From the NCBI GenBank assembly GCA_034440375.1, contig JAWXBZ010000067.1, positions 1 to 51,848 on the forward strand: a stretch of DNA of 51,848 bases, read 5' to 3'. Shown piece after piece: positions 37,578 through 47,728 of this stretch (positions are counted from its first letter, which is position 1; the number at the start of each line of letters is the position of its first letter). Both the position numbers and the translations under genes were made by a program. Under the pieces are notes generated by a model. It worked only from the letters and a program-made list of their open reading frames with translations. It searched no databases and was not told the origin of the DNA. This stretch comes from Candidatus Eiseniibacteriota bacterium. Lineage in GTDB: Bacteria > Eisenbacteria > RBG-16-71-46 > JABDJR01 > JAWXBZ01.

Positions 37578-38696
37578 ATGCGCGTCGGGCTCGACCTTCT
37601 CTCACTCGGGGCGGAGCAGACCGGGATGGCATGGACGGCGCACTGGCTGGCCCGCCATCTCCCCGCTCTTGAACCAGCTTTCACGTTCGTATTTTTCCTG
37701 CCACCCGGCGTCGCACCTCCGGTGGCCGGCGCCAATGTCGAGATCGTCCGTGTCTCCGTCGGCCGGCATCGCGGTGGACGCCTCCTCGCCGAGCAGTGGA
37801 AACTGCCTCGGGCGGCTCTAAGCGCACGGCTCGACCTGCTGCATACAATTGCCTACGGCCCCCCCTGGCTTTATCGCGGGACAAAAATCCTGACGATCCA
37901 TGATCTGGCCTTCTGGATCATGCCGGAGATCGCCCCGACACGCTGGCGCTTGTACTGGAAATGGGCGTGGGGTGTTGCAGGACGCGATTGCAAGGTGTTG
38001 ATCGCCGTCTCGGAATGCACAAAGCAGGATGCCGTTCGCTTTTTGAATCGCCGACCTGAAGAAATTCGCGTTGTGCACTCCGGCGTCGATCCGATGTATG
38101 CACCGGCCCCCGGGAGCGAAGGGCCGTCGGATACCGTCCGGCGCCTCGGCCTGCCCGAATCGTTCGTCCTCAACGTCGGCACGCTCCAGCCGCGGAAGGA
38201 TCTGGACACACTCCTGGACACTTTTGCTCGTCTCGAACCGGGAGGTGCCGATCTACATCTCGTCATCGTGGGAGGGCACGGCTGGGGTTACGGGAGCCTC
38301 AACGAACTTGTATCGCGCCGGGGCTTGAATGGCCGTGTGCACCTCGCAGGGTTCGTGGACCGTGCGGCGATGCCGGATTTATATCGCGCCGCCCGGCTCT
38401 TCCTTTTCACGTCACGATATGAAGGATTCGGATTGCCTCTCCTCGAAGCCATGGCCTCGGGCACACCGGTCGTGACCACCGTCCACTCCTCCATTCCAGA
38501 AGTGGTCGGGGACGCCGCGCTCACCGCCCCGCCGGGCGACTCGATCCGCCTGGCCGATGCGGCCGGTCGATTGTTGACCGACCGGAAGCTCCGCGATGAG
38601 ATGATCCGCCGCGGCCTGGAACGGGCCTCTACCTTCTCGTGGGAGACGGCTGCCGCACGAACACTGGACGTTTACCGCGAGGTTCTGAAATCATGA
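37578..38696 (+). CDS. Glycosyltransferase family 4 (mannosyltransferase-like)
   Basis: LTIHDLAF, IAVSECTKQD, VGTLQPRKDL, YEGFGLPLLEAMASGTPVV. Confidence 0.92.
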   Translation: MRVGLDLLSLGAEQTGMAWTAHWLARHLPALEPAFTFVFFLPPGVAPPVAGANVEIVRVSVGRHRGGRLLAEQWKLPRAALSARLDLLHTIAYGPPWLYRGTKILTIHDLAFWIMPEIAPTRWRLYWKWAWGVAGRDCKVLIAVSECTKQDAVRFLNRRPEEIRVVHSGVDPMYAPAPGSEGPSDTVRRLGLPESFVLNVGTLQPRKDLDTLLDTFARLEPGGADLHLVIVGGHGWGYGSLNELVSRRGLNGRVHLAGFVDRAAMPDLYRAARLFLFTSRYEGFGLPLLEAMASGTPVVTTVHSSIPEVVGDAALTAPPGDSIRLADAAGRLLTDRKLRDEMIRRGLERASTFSWETAAARTLDVYREVLKS

Positions 38697-38806
38697 TCGG
38701 ACCCGGTGTCGATCGGCGCCGGGTACCGCGCCTTCCATTGACAGATTTGTTGCTCCGTTCAACCCGGCTAAACGGTGGTCGTCCCTGTGCCTGAAGGAGT
38801 GAGTTG

Positions 38807-40027
38807 ATGCGCGTTCTCCATCTATCTCCCACCCTTCCGTGGCCTGCCAATTCGGGCGGCCGGATATGTGTCTGGAATCAACTGCGGATCGATGCCCGAT
38901 TTGCCGAGGTGGGCCTCCTGACCTTCGCGGACGTGAGTCCCGACGCGGCGACCATCGAAGCGTTGCAGGAGTACTGCACCGAAGCCGAGATCGTCCGGCG
39001 CCCGAAGTCGCTGGACGGCGTCGTGGGGGGGGCCAGAAGTCTGCTTACATCGACCGCGATGAACCTGGCCAAATACCGTTGGCCCGTTTACAGTGATGCG
39101 CTCCAGAGTTTTCTGGATCGCTGGTCGCCGGATCTCGTCGTGGCGCATCACCTGCACATGGGCCACTACCTTCCGGAGGTTCGCGGAACGGCGACGATCC
39201 TTCGCGAGCACAATGTCGATTCCGACCTGATGGCCCGCTACTCGGAAACCCTTGCCAACCCCGCCATGGCGGGCTTTGCCTCCCGCCAGTCCGATCAGAT
39301 CCGGAATACGGAGGCCCGTCTCTGCCCGAAAGTTACCCGGTGTCTGATGATCACGGGCGACGACGAAGTCAAGCTCCAGGAGCTGGTCCCCGAGGCGCGC
39401 ACGGCCGTCCTGCCGGCGGCGATCGACCCGACCGACTATCAAGCGGTCCCGCCACCGCCGGTCGATGCGCCGCCCCTTGTTGTCGCCGTTGGGAGTCTCA
39501 ATTTCCGGCCGACTGGCGAGGGCATACTCTATTTCACCGAAGATGTCTGGCCTCAACTTCGCCGGAGTTTTCCTGGCGCTCGCTTCCGAATCATCGGTGA
39601 ATGCCCCGAGACGTTGCGTCGGCGACTCATGGCGGTTGTCGGCGTGGAGGTCACTGGTCGCGTTGATGTGGTTCGCCCGCATCTGGAAGGGGCGCACGTC
39701 TTCGTCGTCCCGGTCCGGGCCGGTAGTGGCATGCGCATTCGAATCCTTGAGGCCATGGCGCATCAGATACCGTTGGTCAGTACGACCATCGGCGCCGAAG
39801 GGATCGGTGTGCAGCACGAGCGTCACCTTCTCCTGGCCGACACGACAGATGACCTGGCCCGCGCCGTGACCCGGGTGATCAAGGAGCCGGTCCTGGCCCA
39901 GACATTTCGTCGGGAAGGGCGGCGCCTGGTCGAAAAGGCCTACTCAGTCGAGGCACTGGCACCCATCACCGAACGAATCTACCGCCGCGCGATCGACGAT
40001 GCCGCGGCGACGCAAGGCGTTCGTTGA
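38807..40027 (+). CDS. Glycosyltransferase family 4
   Basis: AAGGAG RBS; PWPANSGGRI, EHNVDS, PVRAGSGMRIRILEAMA..VSTTIGAEGI. Confidence 0.88.
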   Translation: MRVLHLSPTLPWPANSGGRICVWNQLRIDARFAEVGLLTFADVSPDAATIEALQEYCTEAEIVRRPKSLDGVVGGARSLLTSTAMNLAKYRWPVYSDALQSFLDRWSPDLVVAHHLHMGHYLPEVRGTATILREHNVDSDLMARYSETLANPAMAGFASRQSDQIRNTEARLCPKVTRCLMITGDDEVKLQELVPEARTAVLPAAIDPTDYQAVPPPPVDAPPLVVAVGSLNFRPTGEGILYFTEDVWPQLRRSFPGARFRIIGECPETLRRRLMAVVGVEVTGRVDVVRPHLEGAHVFVVPVRAGSGMRIRILEAMAHQIPLVSTTIGAEGIGVQHERHLLLADTTDDLARAVTRVIKEPVLAQTFRREGRRLVEKAYSVEALAPITERIYRRAIDDAAATQGVR

Positions 40028-41199
40028 CGGACCGTCCGCGAGTGCTCTACCTCATCCCTCGATTTCCCTGGCCACCGGATCGCGGTGACCGACTCACCGG
40101 CTTGAACCTCCTTCGTCAGTTCACCCGGTTCGCCGATGTGACCCTGGTGGCGTTTTCCGATGGCGACCCGACAGCCATCGAGGTGGGGCCGCTGCGCAAT
40201 CTGTGTGAGCGGATAGAGGTCGTGCCTCACCCGACCTGGCGCGGCCAGGCGAACATGGTGGCCGCCCTGATGGACGATGTTCCCTTCCAGGTGGCCTTCT
40301 ACCGGTCGCGGCTCATGTCGGATCTGGTCCGCCGACTTCGGGGTGAGAAATTTGATCTCGTTTTCGCGCAGATGTTTCGCATGCACCCATATCTGGCGCC
40401 GTTTACCGGGAGCCTCCGGGTCATGTATCTGGGCGACTCGCTGGCCATGAATCTCCGTCGGGCCATCCCCACCAAGCACGGCATCAAGAGGCTCGCCTTC
40501 CAAATGGAAGCGCGGCGCGTCGATCGCTACGAGGTCGGCGTGATGTCCGAAGTCGACGAGTCATGGGTGGTGGCCGAGGCTGACCGGCTGGATCTGCTGG
40601 CCCGCTCACCCGGGGCCCGTGTCCTGGTTCTTGCGAACGGGGTAGAGGACCGCTGGGGACGGGTAGATCCAACCAGGTCGGGGGAGACCGTCCTGCTTCT
40701 TGGTAACATGGCCGTGGGGCACAATATCGACATGACCACGCACCTCGTGGAGGCCATCTGGCCGATCGTCCGGGCGGCGCGCCCGGGCGCCCGGCTTCTG
40801 GTCGTTGGCCCGGCCGGTCCCAGTGTGAGGCGACTCTCCGCCCGGCCGGGCGTCACCGTGGCCGGATACGTCGAGGACCTCGCGCCGGTTTTCGCGCAAA
40901 CGCGCGTGTCCGTCGCGCCCCTCCGTTATGGCGCCGGCGTCCAGAACAAGGTGCTGGAGACAATGGCCGCCGGCCTCCCGGCTGTTGTGACTTCGATCGT
41001 AAACGAGGGGATCGGCGCGGAACCGGGGAGGAGTATCGATATCGCCGATGAACCGGTGGCCTTCGCGGCATCGATTGCCCGACATCTCTCAAATCCGGAA
41101 GGCGCCGCCCGGATGGGCATCGCCGGACGCGAACATGTGCTCGCCAACTTCAGCTGGGAACCGGCGGGACGGCGCCTGAGGACCCTGCTGGGCATCTGA
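40024..41199 (+). CDS. Glycosyltransferase family 4 (resembles PEP-CTERM-locus sugar transferases)
   Basis: RFPWPPDRGDRL, VAPLRYGAGVQNKVLETMAAGLP. Confidence 0.88.
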   Translation: MTDRPRVLYLIPRFPWPPDRGDRLTGLNLLRQFTRFADVTLVAFSDGDPTAIEVGPLRNLCERIEVVPHPTWRGQANMVAALMDDVPFQVAFYRSRLMSDLVRRLRGEKFDLVFAQMFRMHPYLAPFTGSLRVMYLGDSLAMNLRRAIPTKHGIKRLAFQMEARRVDRYEVGVMSEVDESWVVAEADRLDLLARSPGARVLVLANGVEDRWGRVDPTRSGETVLLLGNMAVGHNIDMTTHLVEAIWPIVRAARPGARLLVVGPAGPSVRRLSARPGVTVAGYVEDLAPVFAQTRVSVAPLRYGAGVQNKVLETMAAGLPAVVTSIVNEGIGAEPGRSIDIADEPVAFAASIARHLSNPEGAARMGIAGREHVLANFSWEPAGRRLRTLLGI

Positions 41200-41230
41200 C
41201 CGCGCCGGGGGCCGTGATAAACTGCGCTCA

Positions 41231-42064
41231 ATGCGCCACGCCTTCACCGTCGACCTCGAGGATTGGTACCACGGTATCCCACTGGATGCCCTGACGCGCG
41301 CCGGCGCCGAGCGGCGCCTGTCAATTGGCACCGACCGCCTGCTGGAACTGCTTGAACGACATCGGGTGTCTGCCACCTTCTTCGTTCTGGGCCCGATCGC
41401 CCGCGAGCACCCCGATCTGTTGCGTCGGATCGTCAGCCTGGGCCACGACGTCGGTTCCCACGGCACATCCCACGACCTTCTCTACACGATGACCCCGGAG
41501 CGCTTCCGTCGTGAGACACGGGATTCGATTCAAGCGATCGAGGAGATCGTCGCCCAACCGGTCGATTCGTACCGCGCGGCCTATTTCTCCCTGACTCGCG
41601 ACTCCTTGTGGGCTCTCGAAATCCTGGCCGAACTGGGGATTCGCTACGACTCCTCGATCATGCCGGCTCACAATTGGCGTTACGGCATCCCTGAATTTTC
41701 CCGGCTGCCGGTCCGCCTCGAAACCGCACACGGCCCGATCGAGGAGTTCCCGATCTCCGTGAGGGAGATCGCGGGTCGAACTGTTCCCGCGGCCGGCGGG
41801 GCCTACTTCCGCCTGTACCCCTGGATGCTGACCCGGAGCAATCTCAAGGCGGCGGAAAGGGCCGGCCAACCCGTCATTTTCTACATCCATCCCTGGGAGC
41901 TTGATCCGGACCACCCCCGGGTCCCCTTCCACTGGAAGAGTCGGATGACTCACTATGCGGCCCTTGACCGCACCCTCCCACGCCTCGAAAAGATGTTGGC
42001 GGAGTTTTCATTCACCACCCTCAAAGGAGCCTTCGGACATGCGATCCCTCGACCAGGTTCATAA
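41231..42064 (+). CDS. Polysaccharide deacetylase family protein (PEP-CTERM-locus type, DUF3473)
   Basis: AFTVDLEDWYH, ATFFVLG, GHDVGSHG, YDSSI, GGAYFRLYP, FYIHPWELDP. Confidence 0.9.
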   Translation: MRHAFTVDLEDWYHGIPLDALTRAGAERRLSIGTDRLLELLERHRVSATFFVLGPIAREHPDLLRRIVSLGHDVGSHGTSHDLLYTMTPERFRRETRDSIQAIEEIVAQPVDSYRAAYFSLTRDSLWALEILAELGIRYDSSIMPAHNWRYGIPEFSRLPVRLETAHGPIEEFPISVREIAGRTVPAAGGAYFRLYPWMLTRSNLKAAERAGQPVIFYIHPWELDPDHPRVPFHWKSRMTHYAALDRTLPRLEKMLAEFSFTTLKGAFGHAIPRPGS

Positions 42065-42716
42065 GTATTTCAACCGTGAAGCGGATCGGTTCGACGCCAT
42101 TTACGACCAGGAGAAACCGGTCACCCAGCAATTGGGAGACTGGATTTTCAGGCGTGTCATCCTTGAACGATATTCGCTGGTCATCAATTCCATCGGCGCC
42201 GGAGAACGCACCCTGCTGGACGTCGGGTGCGGACCCGGTCGATACGGTATTGAGCTCGCGCGGCGCGGTGCCTCACGCTGTCTTGGCGTCGACGTGGCCG
42301 AAGAAATGATCAACATCGCCCGACGCGAGGCATCCGCTCACGGCGTCTCCGATCAGTGCATCTGGCAGACCGGCGATTGGCTCGGCACCCCGATCGAGGG
42401 AACCTTTGATGCGGTGACGGCGATGGGATACTTCGACTATCTGGAAGATCCCCGCGCCCACCTCGAAAAGATGCTGGCCCACTGCGGCGGCCGATTGTTC
42501 GCCAGCTTTCCGAAAAGGTGGACTATTCGTACGGCGCTCAGGCGCGCGCGATTTGGGTTGCGCGGCGGCTTCGTCCGGTTCTACTCCCGGCGGGAAATTG
42601 TCGACCTCTTTCGCGCCGCAGGTGATTTACGCTGCCTCGCACTGGTCGACCTGGGCCGGGACTATATCGCCATCTACGATTGCGGCTCCGAACGCCGGCT
42701 ATCCCTTCGCCACTAA
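42039..42716 (+). CDS. Class I SAM-dependent methyltransferase
   Basis: ATG 42039 after AAGGAG; LLDVGCGPG, GVDVAEEMI, FDAVTAMGYFDY. Confidence 0.88.
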   Translation: MRSLDQVHKYFNREADRFDAIYDQEKPVTQQLGDWIFRRVILERYSLVINSIGAGERTLLDVGCGPGRYGIELARRGASRCLGVDVAEEMINIARREASAHGVSDQCIWQTGDWLGTPIEGTFDAVTAMGYFDYLEDPRAHLEKMLAHCGGRLFASFPKRWTIRTALRRARFGLRGGFVRFYSRREIVDLFRAAGDLRCLALVDLGRDYIAIYDCGSERRLSLRH

Positions 42717-42729
42717 CTCCTGCTCCAAC

Positions 42730-43089
42730 TCACCGTTCTTGACGGCCGTCATCCGGCTCGGCCCGCTGATCGGAAAGGGCACTGACCGGGGCGATCAGGG
42801 TCACGGCCGTCTCCCCAACCCGAAGTCGAAATGCCTCGGAGAGGCCGGACCAGTCGAGCACATCGACAACAAACGGGAGATCCGACTCGCTGAAGGCATC
42901 GCGCAATTCGGTCCAGGCCCGAACGTCGATCGGCCGCTCGGTCATTATGACCAGGTCGAGATCGGAGAGAGGCCGGGCCCGCCCCATGGCCCTGGAGCCG
43001 AATATCCGCACTCCGCATCCCGGTACATGCTGCCGGAGAATTCCCTCCACGATGGCGCGGTGCGCCGGCGTCAGGTCAATGGCCGTCAT
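42730..43089 (-). CDS. Minimal nucleotidyltransferase (MNT) antitoxin, HI0073/MntA-like
   Basis: IFGSRAMGRARPLSDLDL (GSx10DxD), SDLPFVVDVLDW; 119 aa; overlaps the HEPN gene. Confidence 0.88.
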   Translation of the reverse strand: MTAIDLTPAHRAIVEGILRQHVPGCGVRIFGSRAMGRARPLSDLDLVIMTERPIDVRAWTELRDAFSESDLPFVVDVLDWSGLSEAFRLRVGETAVTLIAPVSALSDQRAEPDDGRQER

Positions 43090-43501
43090 TATGGCGGGCC
43101 CTCAGCCGATCAAGCAAAAAGTGGACATCGCGCACGAAATCGTCGATCCCCACCAGCGCTTCCTGCGCCTTCTCTTCCTCGTACGCATGGCTGGTCATGT
43201 TCCGACGCTCGCGATAGTCCTGGAAGGCCACCGGGTCCGATACCAGGCCGGCTTCCGCCGCTCGTCGCATCAGGTCCGAGAAATTTATCTCGCGCAGTCC
43301 GCCGGGGCTGAGCGCGATCATCTCCAGCTGCCGCCGGATGAACTTTGCCGCCAGCTCGTAGGTGAATTCGAAACCCTGGATCGTCGCGGCCCGGAACTGA
43401 CCATGCAACTCGGCATCCGCCAGGCTGGCTTTCGAGCGCAGGTACCTGAGACTTGTTTCGAGCTGTCCCAATGCCTTTTCCAACGACGTCACATCCAACA
43501 T
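43076..43501 (-). CDS. HEPN-domain toxin / nucleotidyltransferase substrate-binding protein, HI0074-like
   Basis: IQGFEFTYELA and RNMTSHAY (Rx4HxY); 141 aa. Confidence 0.88.
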   Translation of the reverse strand: MLDVTSLEKALGQLETSLRYLRSKASLADAELHGQFRAATIQGFEFTYELAAKFIRRQLEMIALSPGGLREINFSDLMRRAAEAGLVSDPVAFQDYRERRNMTSHAYEEEKAQEALVGIDDFVRDVHFLLDRLRARHNDGH

Positions 43502-43747
43502 CAGATCGTACCTCGAGGGGTCGTGAGCGGGGGGAGATCCAGTGTGGCACGACGACGCCCCGAGCTGTCAAGCGGCCCACGGTGTCGCTCGCCGTCAGCC
43601 GGTGTCGGGGCCGGCTCCGCTGGCTCTTCCCTGCCGCGCATGCCGGAGCATCGCGCCACACCACATGCGCGCCGTCCACCGAAGTCTGGAACGGCCGGGC
43701 AGTGGGGCGCGTTTCGGTTGCCGAGGCGCGTGGCCCCATGTTGGACG

Positions 43748-46436
43748 CTAGCGGGTTCGGATCAGGCGGCGCACGACCGCGTAGCCGTCAACGCTGGCAC
43801 GGACGAAATAAATGCCGGACGACACCGCTTGCCCGGACGCGGCGCGCCCGTCCCAGTTTAGGCTGAGGAGCCCGGCCTCCCGGTAATCGTCGTGCAATAC
43901 GGCCACCGTTCGCCCGACGACATCGAATACCTCGACCCGGACCGCTGCCGGCGCCGGGAGGTTTAGACTGACCGCCACCTCTGCCTGGAATGGATTGGGA
44001 CGGCAACGCATCTCCATCCGCGCGCGGCCCGGGTTGGGACCGACCAGCTCGATTGGTCCGTGCCAGCGCTTGCTACCGTCCCGGGTGGACTCGCTGAGCC
44101 AGAAGACGGGTGAATCCCAGCCGGGGCTGGGAAGGCCAGCGATCGGGCCCGCCGGGCACCCGATCATTGACCACGACTCGCTCACCGCCGGCTGTCTCCT
44201 GCCAGAGCCCGAAGGTGGATCCGGCTGACGCGTCGCCCGCCTGCCACTCGATAAGGATTCCGTCCGATTCCCGGACGGCCTTGATCTGGAGCCGCGATAC
44301 GGGGACGTACTGGTAGACGTTCCAGAAGGATCGACCCCAGGGCCCGGTGGGATCGACCCACGAAATGTCGGACCAGTTGTCGCGGTCCGCGTCAATGAGC
44401 CGGAGTAACGTCGGCGGCGCCAGGGTGCGATAAGACTCGTCCAGTTGCAGAGCGCCGTGACCATCCCCACGATAGGAGCTGATCATCAAGTCGCCGAGAC
44501 TGGCGACCACGATGTCCATCAACCCGTCGCGGTTGATGTCAGTTGCCACGAAGGAGTCGGGGACATGCTCCAGCGGCATGTCATACGACTCGATCTCGCC
44601 GTCCCCCAAGGGGAGGCGCAGGATGCGAACGCTCGACTGAGTTGGCGCGAGCAGGAGCAGTTCGGGCGCGCCGATCCCGTCGAGATTGGCAAAGGTTGGC
44701 TGTCGGAGTCCGGCTTCCAGGAGGAACTCGCGCGATTCAACCCATTCACCCGCCGTTAGCCCCCCCAGGAGCAGCAGCCGCCCGGAAATACTTTGATGCA
44801 CGACGGCCTCCGTCCGGCCGTCGGCATCCAGGTCGGCCAGCGCCAGCCCGTCGGGGCTCATGACCAGCGCGGTGGACCCAACCGGAGTGAGATGTCCCGT
44901 CGCGTCGCTCGTCCATACACGCAGCGCCGACTCTGTGGCATCCACCACGATGATTTCCGGCCGGCCATCCTCGTCCAGGTCCTGGACCTCAAGTGTCAGC
45001 GGATACCCGTCGGTGTTCCAACTGCCGATGACACCCCACTGCCCCGCGGATCGACCCATCGTCCGAAGTTGCCGATTCGCCTGGTCGACCAGGACGAACT
45101 CGTCCGTACCGTCCTCGTCAAAGTCGACCGCCCGTCCGACTCCCGGGCTCCCGCCGATCAGAACACTCCCGACGACCTCGAAGTGACCCCAGCGCTCACT
45201 CTCAAGTATGTCCACCAGCCCGGAAGCCCGAGGAATTGCCAGTCGGGAGCGGGCGCCGTCCGCCGCCAGCGGGACCACGTCGACGGCGCCGTCGGGGACT
45301 CGCCAGAACGACTCGAACGGCGCGCAGCGGGGTTCGCTCGACAGGACGACCCCCAGTCGGCCGCTGTAGAAGTCCGCCTCGGGACGGCAACCGACGACAT
45401 CCAGGTATCCGTCCCAGTTCAAGTCGGCGAAGGCCAGCCGGCCCCAGTTCCAGTCGTAACCGGCACTGGATCGCGAGGGGAAATCGCCCGTCCCGTCGCC
45501 CCAGCCGGTAAGCAAGGTGTAGCCGCCGAAGACGAGGTCCTGATGACCATCGGCATCGATGTCCGCGTTGTAGCAACTATGGGGGGACGAGCCGATATCC
45601 GGCACGTGCAGCACCGGAGGCCCAGGCTGGCGATCATGCCGCCCCGAGACGACGAAGCCATTCCCTGACTGGAAGTCCCCCCCGCTCGAGAATCCGATGT
45701 CGTCGACGCCGTCCTCATCGAAATCGCCGGCGGCCGCTCCGGCGGGCGATGGTATAGTCACGCGCCCGCCATACGTGAAGGATCGCCCGCCCTCGCCGTA
45801 GAAGAAATCGAGTCCGGCATTGCTGGCGCCGGCAACATCCAGCCGACCGTCGCCATCGAAATCACCCACATTGACGAAGCCGCCGGCACGGCCGGCCGTG
45901 TTGAAGTCCACCCGCTCCGGAATGGCGTCGGCCACTCCGTACAGGACCGAAAACGTCGGACCAGCCGTGCCCCCGCCGTAGCCCACCAGGACGTCCTGCC
46001 GCCCGTCGCCGTCGAAATCCCCCGATTGAAGGGTCGACGGAACGCGGGTCACTGGTATCAACCAGGTGGTGCCGAAGGTCGCCGATCCGGTCCCCAGGCG
46101 GATCTCCACTTGAGCCTGGGGCCGGCCGAGCACCAGATCGCGGTGATCGTCATCATCGATGTCCGTGAATAGCATCCCGGGCCCCGACACTCCGCTCGCC
46201 ACCGAGTTCGACTCCCGCAGAATGCCTCCGGGCATGACCTGCCAGATGACGATTCGCGGCGTTTGCAGGGTGATCACCTCGACGATTCCATCCTCGTCGA
46301 GATCCGCCACGGCGACGTTTCGGATCGGCTCGGCCGTGGAGTAGAAATTGGGCGTCGGGCGAAGAAAGTCGACGCCCCAGACGGGACCAGTCCAGGGGAG
46401 GCAGGCGAGCATCACCACGGCCATTGGAATCAGCAT
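43748..46436 (-). pseudogene. Secreted FG-GAP/VCBS repeat protein with a FlgD/T9SS-like C-terminal domain, split by a frameshift near 44110-44170
   Basis: ORF 44073..46436 has a signal peptide and more than 10 DxDxDGxxD repeats. The expected tail (FWLSESTRDGSKRWHGPI..PNPF..VFDVVGRTVAVL..WDGRAASG..SSGIYFVR) is in another frame ending at 43748. Could be a true lesion, recoding or an assembly error. Confidence 0.75.
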
Positions 46437-46568
46437 CTGAAGATTCTGACAGATGGGCCGGGTGGCGTCTGCCGGCGTCCGGCATCGGGGACCGAAAGCC
46501 GGCGTCCGGACTGCGGACCCGGAAGTCCCTGGTCACAAGGCCATCTGGAGGCGCCGGGTGGGGCTATC

Positions 46569-47699
46569 TCACTCCGGCGTTCTCTTCCAGATCATGGGCC
46601 GACTGCTTTCGTCGGTCCGGTCAAGAATCGCCCCGGCAGCCCAGATCGAACCGTCCGGAGCTTCGGCCAGCTGCGCGATGCGGGTGCCGGGCAACACGGC
46701 TTCGTACACGCTCGTGCCGCTCATCTGAACAATGATGCTCCCCTCGACGCCGCAGGCAAGGTAGATATCGCCATCCGTGGCGATCAGGATGTCGTTGACG
46801 CGATCCAGCTTTCCGGGTTCTGGGAGAACGATTTCCGTCCAGTCGCCCTCCCGGGACGAGCTGAGCGGGAAGGCCTGGTATTGGTCCTGGGAGCCTGCGG
46901 AGAAATCCGTTTCCGCGCCTCCGAGGAAAAAAGACCCCGATGGCGTGACGGCGACCGTCCGGAATTCCCGGTTGGCGCAGCCGCCGCAGGGAAGTTCCAG
47001 TCGTTCCCAGTCGCCGCCGTCGTTTCGGAACACGACGCTGTTCGGGGACTGGGGAGTGCCGTCTCCTCCGTCGTCGAAACCGCAGGCGATGAAGACGCCA
47101 TCATCGGCGCTGATGTCGACCAGCGCGCGTTCATTGTTGCTTGAGGGGAAAGGAATCGATTCGGGAGTCCATGTATCGGGCGAGCGGCTCACGAACACCG
47201 CGTTGTTGCCCGCGGCAGCGCCGGCGACGCGCACGATGCCCGGGCTCGACGCAAGCGCCAGCCCAAAAATGGCGACGTTGTGACGGCTCCAGCCGCCACG
47301 CTCGTCCAGGATGAAACCGGATTGGATGTCGGACTCCACGCCGGCCATGAGGACTCCCCCATCTGGCGCAAAGCCGACGGCGCTGATCAGCGACTGGGGT
47401 GGGAAAGGGGCTCCGGCCGGCTGCGACCATGTGTCGTCGCTCGCCCGCGTGACAAAGTAGGGAGAAATGAAGGGAGAACGGATGGTCGCGGACGACGTTA
47501 GCCCGACACGCTGCCCCACCGCGAGGCCCAGTGAATCCGAAAAGGCCAGAGAGTAAAGAGCGCCGTGCGAAGGCGCGACAAATATCGTCGCTTCTTCCCA
47601 CTGATCGGACAGGACCTGCGGCTCGGAGTCATCGCCGCAAGATGTGACGACCAGCAGTGACGCCAGGATGAGAGCGTGTACGAAGCGCCTGGTCGCCAT
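46569..47699 (-). CDS. Hypothetical lipoprotein, probable beta-propeller
   Basis: MATRRFVHALILASLLVVTSC lipoprotein signal; recurring W-ended blades (DDTW, GGW, PDTW, GGDW, EGDW, DGSIWAAG). Confidence 0.7.
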   Translation of the reverse strand: MATRRFVHALILASLLVVTSCGDDSEPQVLSDQWEEATIFVAPSHGALYSLAFSDSLGLAVGQRVGLTSSATIRSPFISPYFVTRASDDTWSQPAGAPFPPQSLISAVGFAPDGGVLMAGVESDIQSGFILDERGGWSRHNVAIFGLALASSPGIVRVAGAAAGNNAVFVSRSPDTWTPESIPFPSSNNERALVDISADDGVFIACGFDDGGDGTPQSPNSVVFRNDGGDWERLELPCGGCANREFRTVAVTPSGSFFLGGAETDFSAGSQDQYQAFPLSSSREGDWTEIVLPEPGKLDRVNDILIATDGDIYLACGVEGSIIVQMSGTSVYEAVLPGTRIAQLAEAPDGSIWAAGAILDRTDESSRPMIWKRTPE

Positions 47700-47728
47700 T
47701 CGGACAGGCACGGAGGAACAGTCCGTCG

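Noticed and set aside
43703-43737. Hairpin downstream of the FG-GAP gene as a terminator
   Set aside because: It pairs well only on the plus strand through G-U pairs, which is the wrong strand for that gene, and has no U-tract.
43748-44470. Independent 240-aa gene
   Set aside because: Its first roughly 100 aa are an off-frame reading of the FG-GAP gene. Only the C-terminal part is meaningful, and it belongs to the frameshifted gene.
46455-46535. Repeated GCCGGCGTCCGG in an intergenic stretch as a REP or mobile-element end
   Set aside because: Only two short GC-rich copies, no transposase and no other copies noticed in the window.
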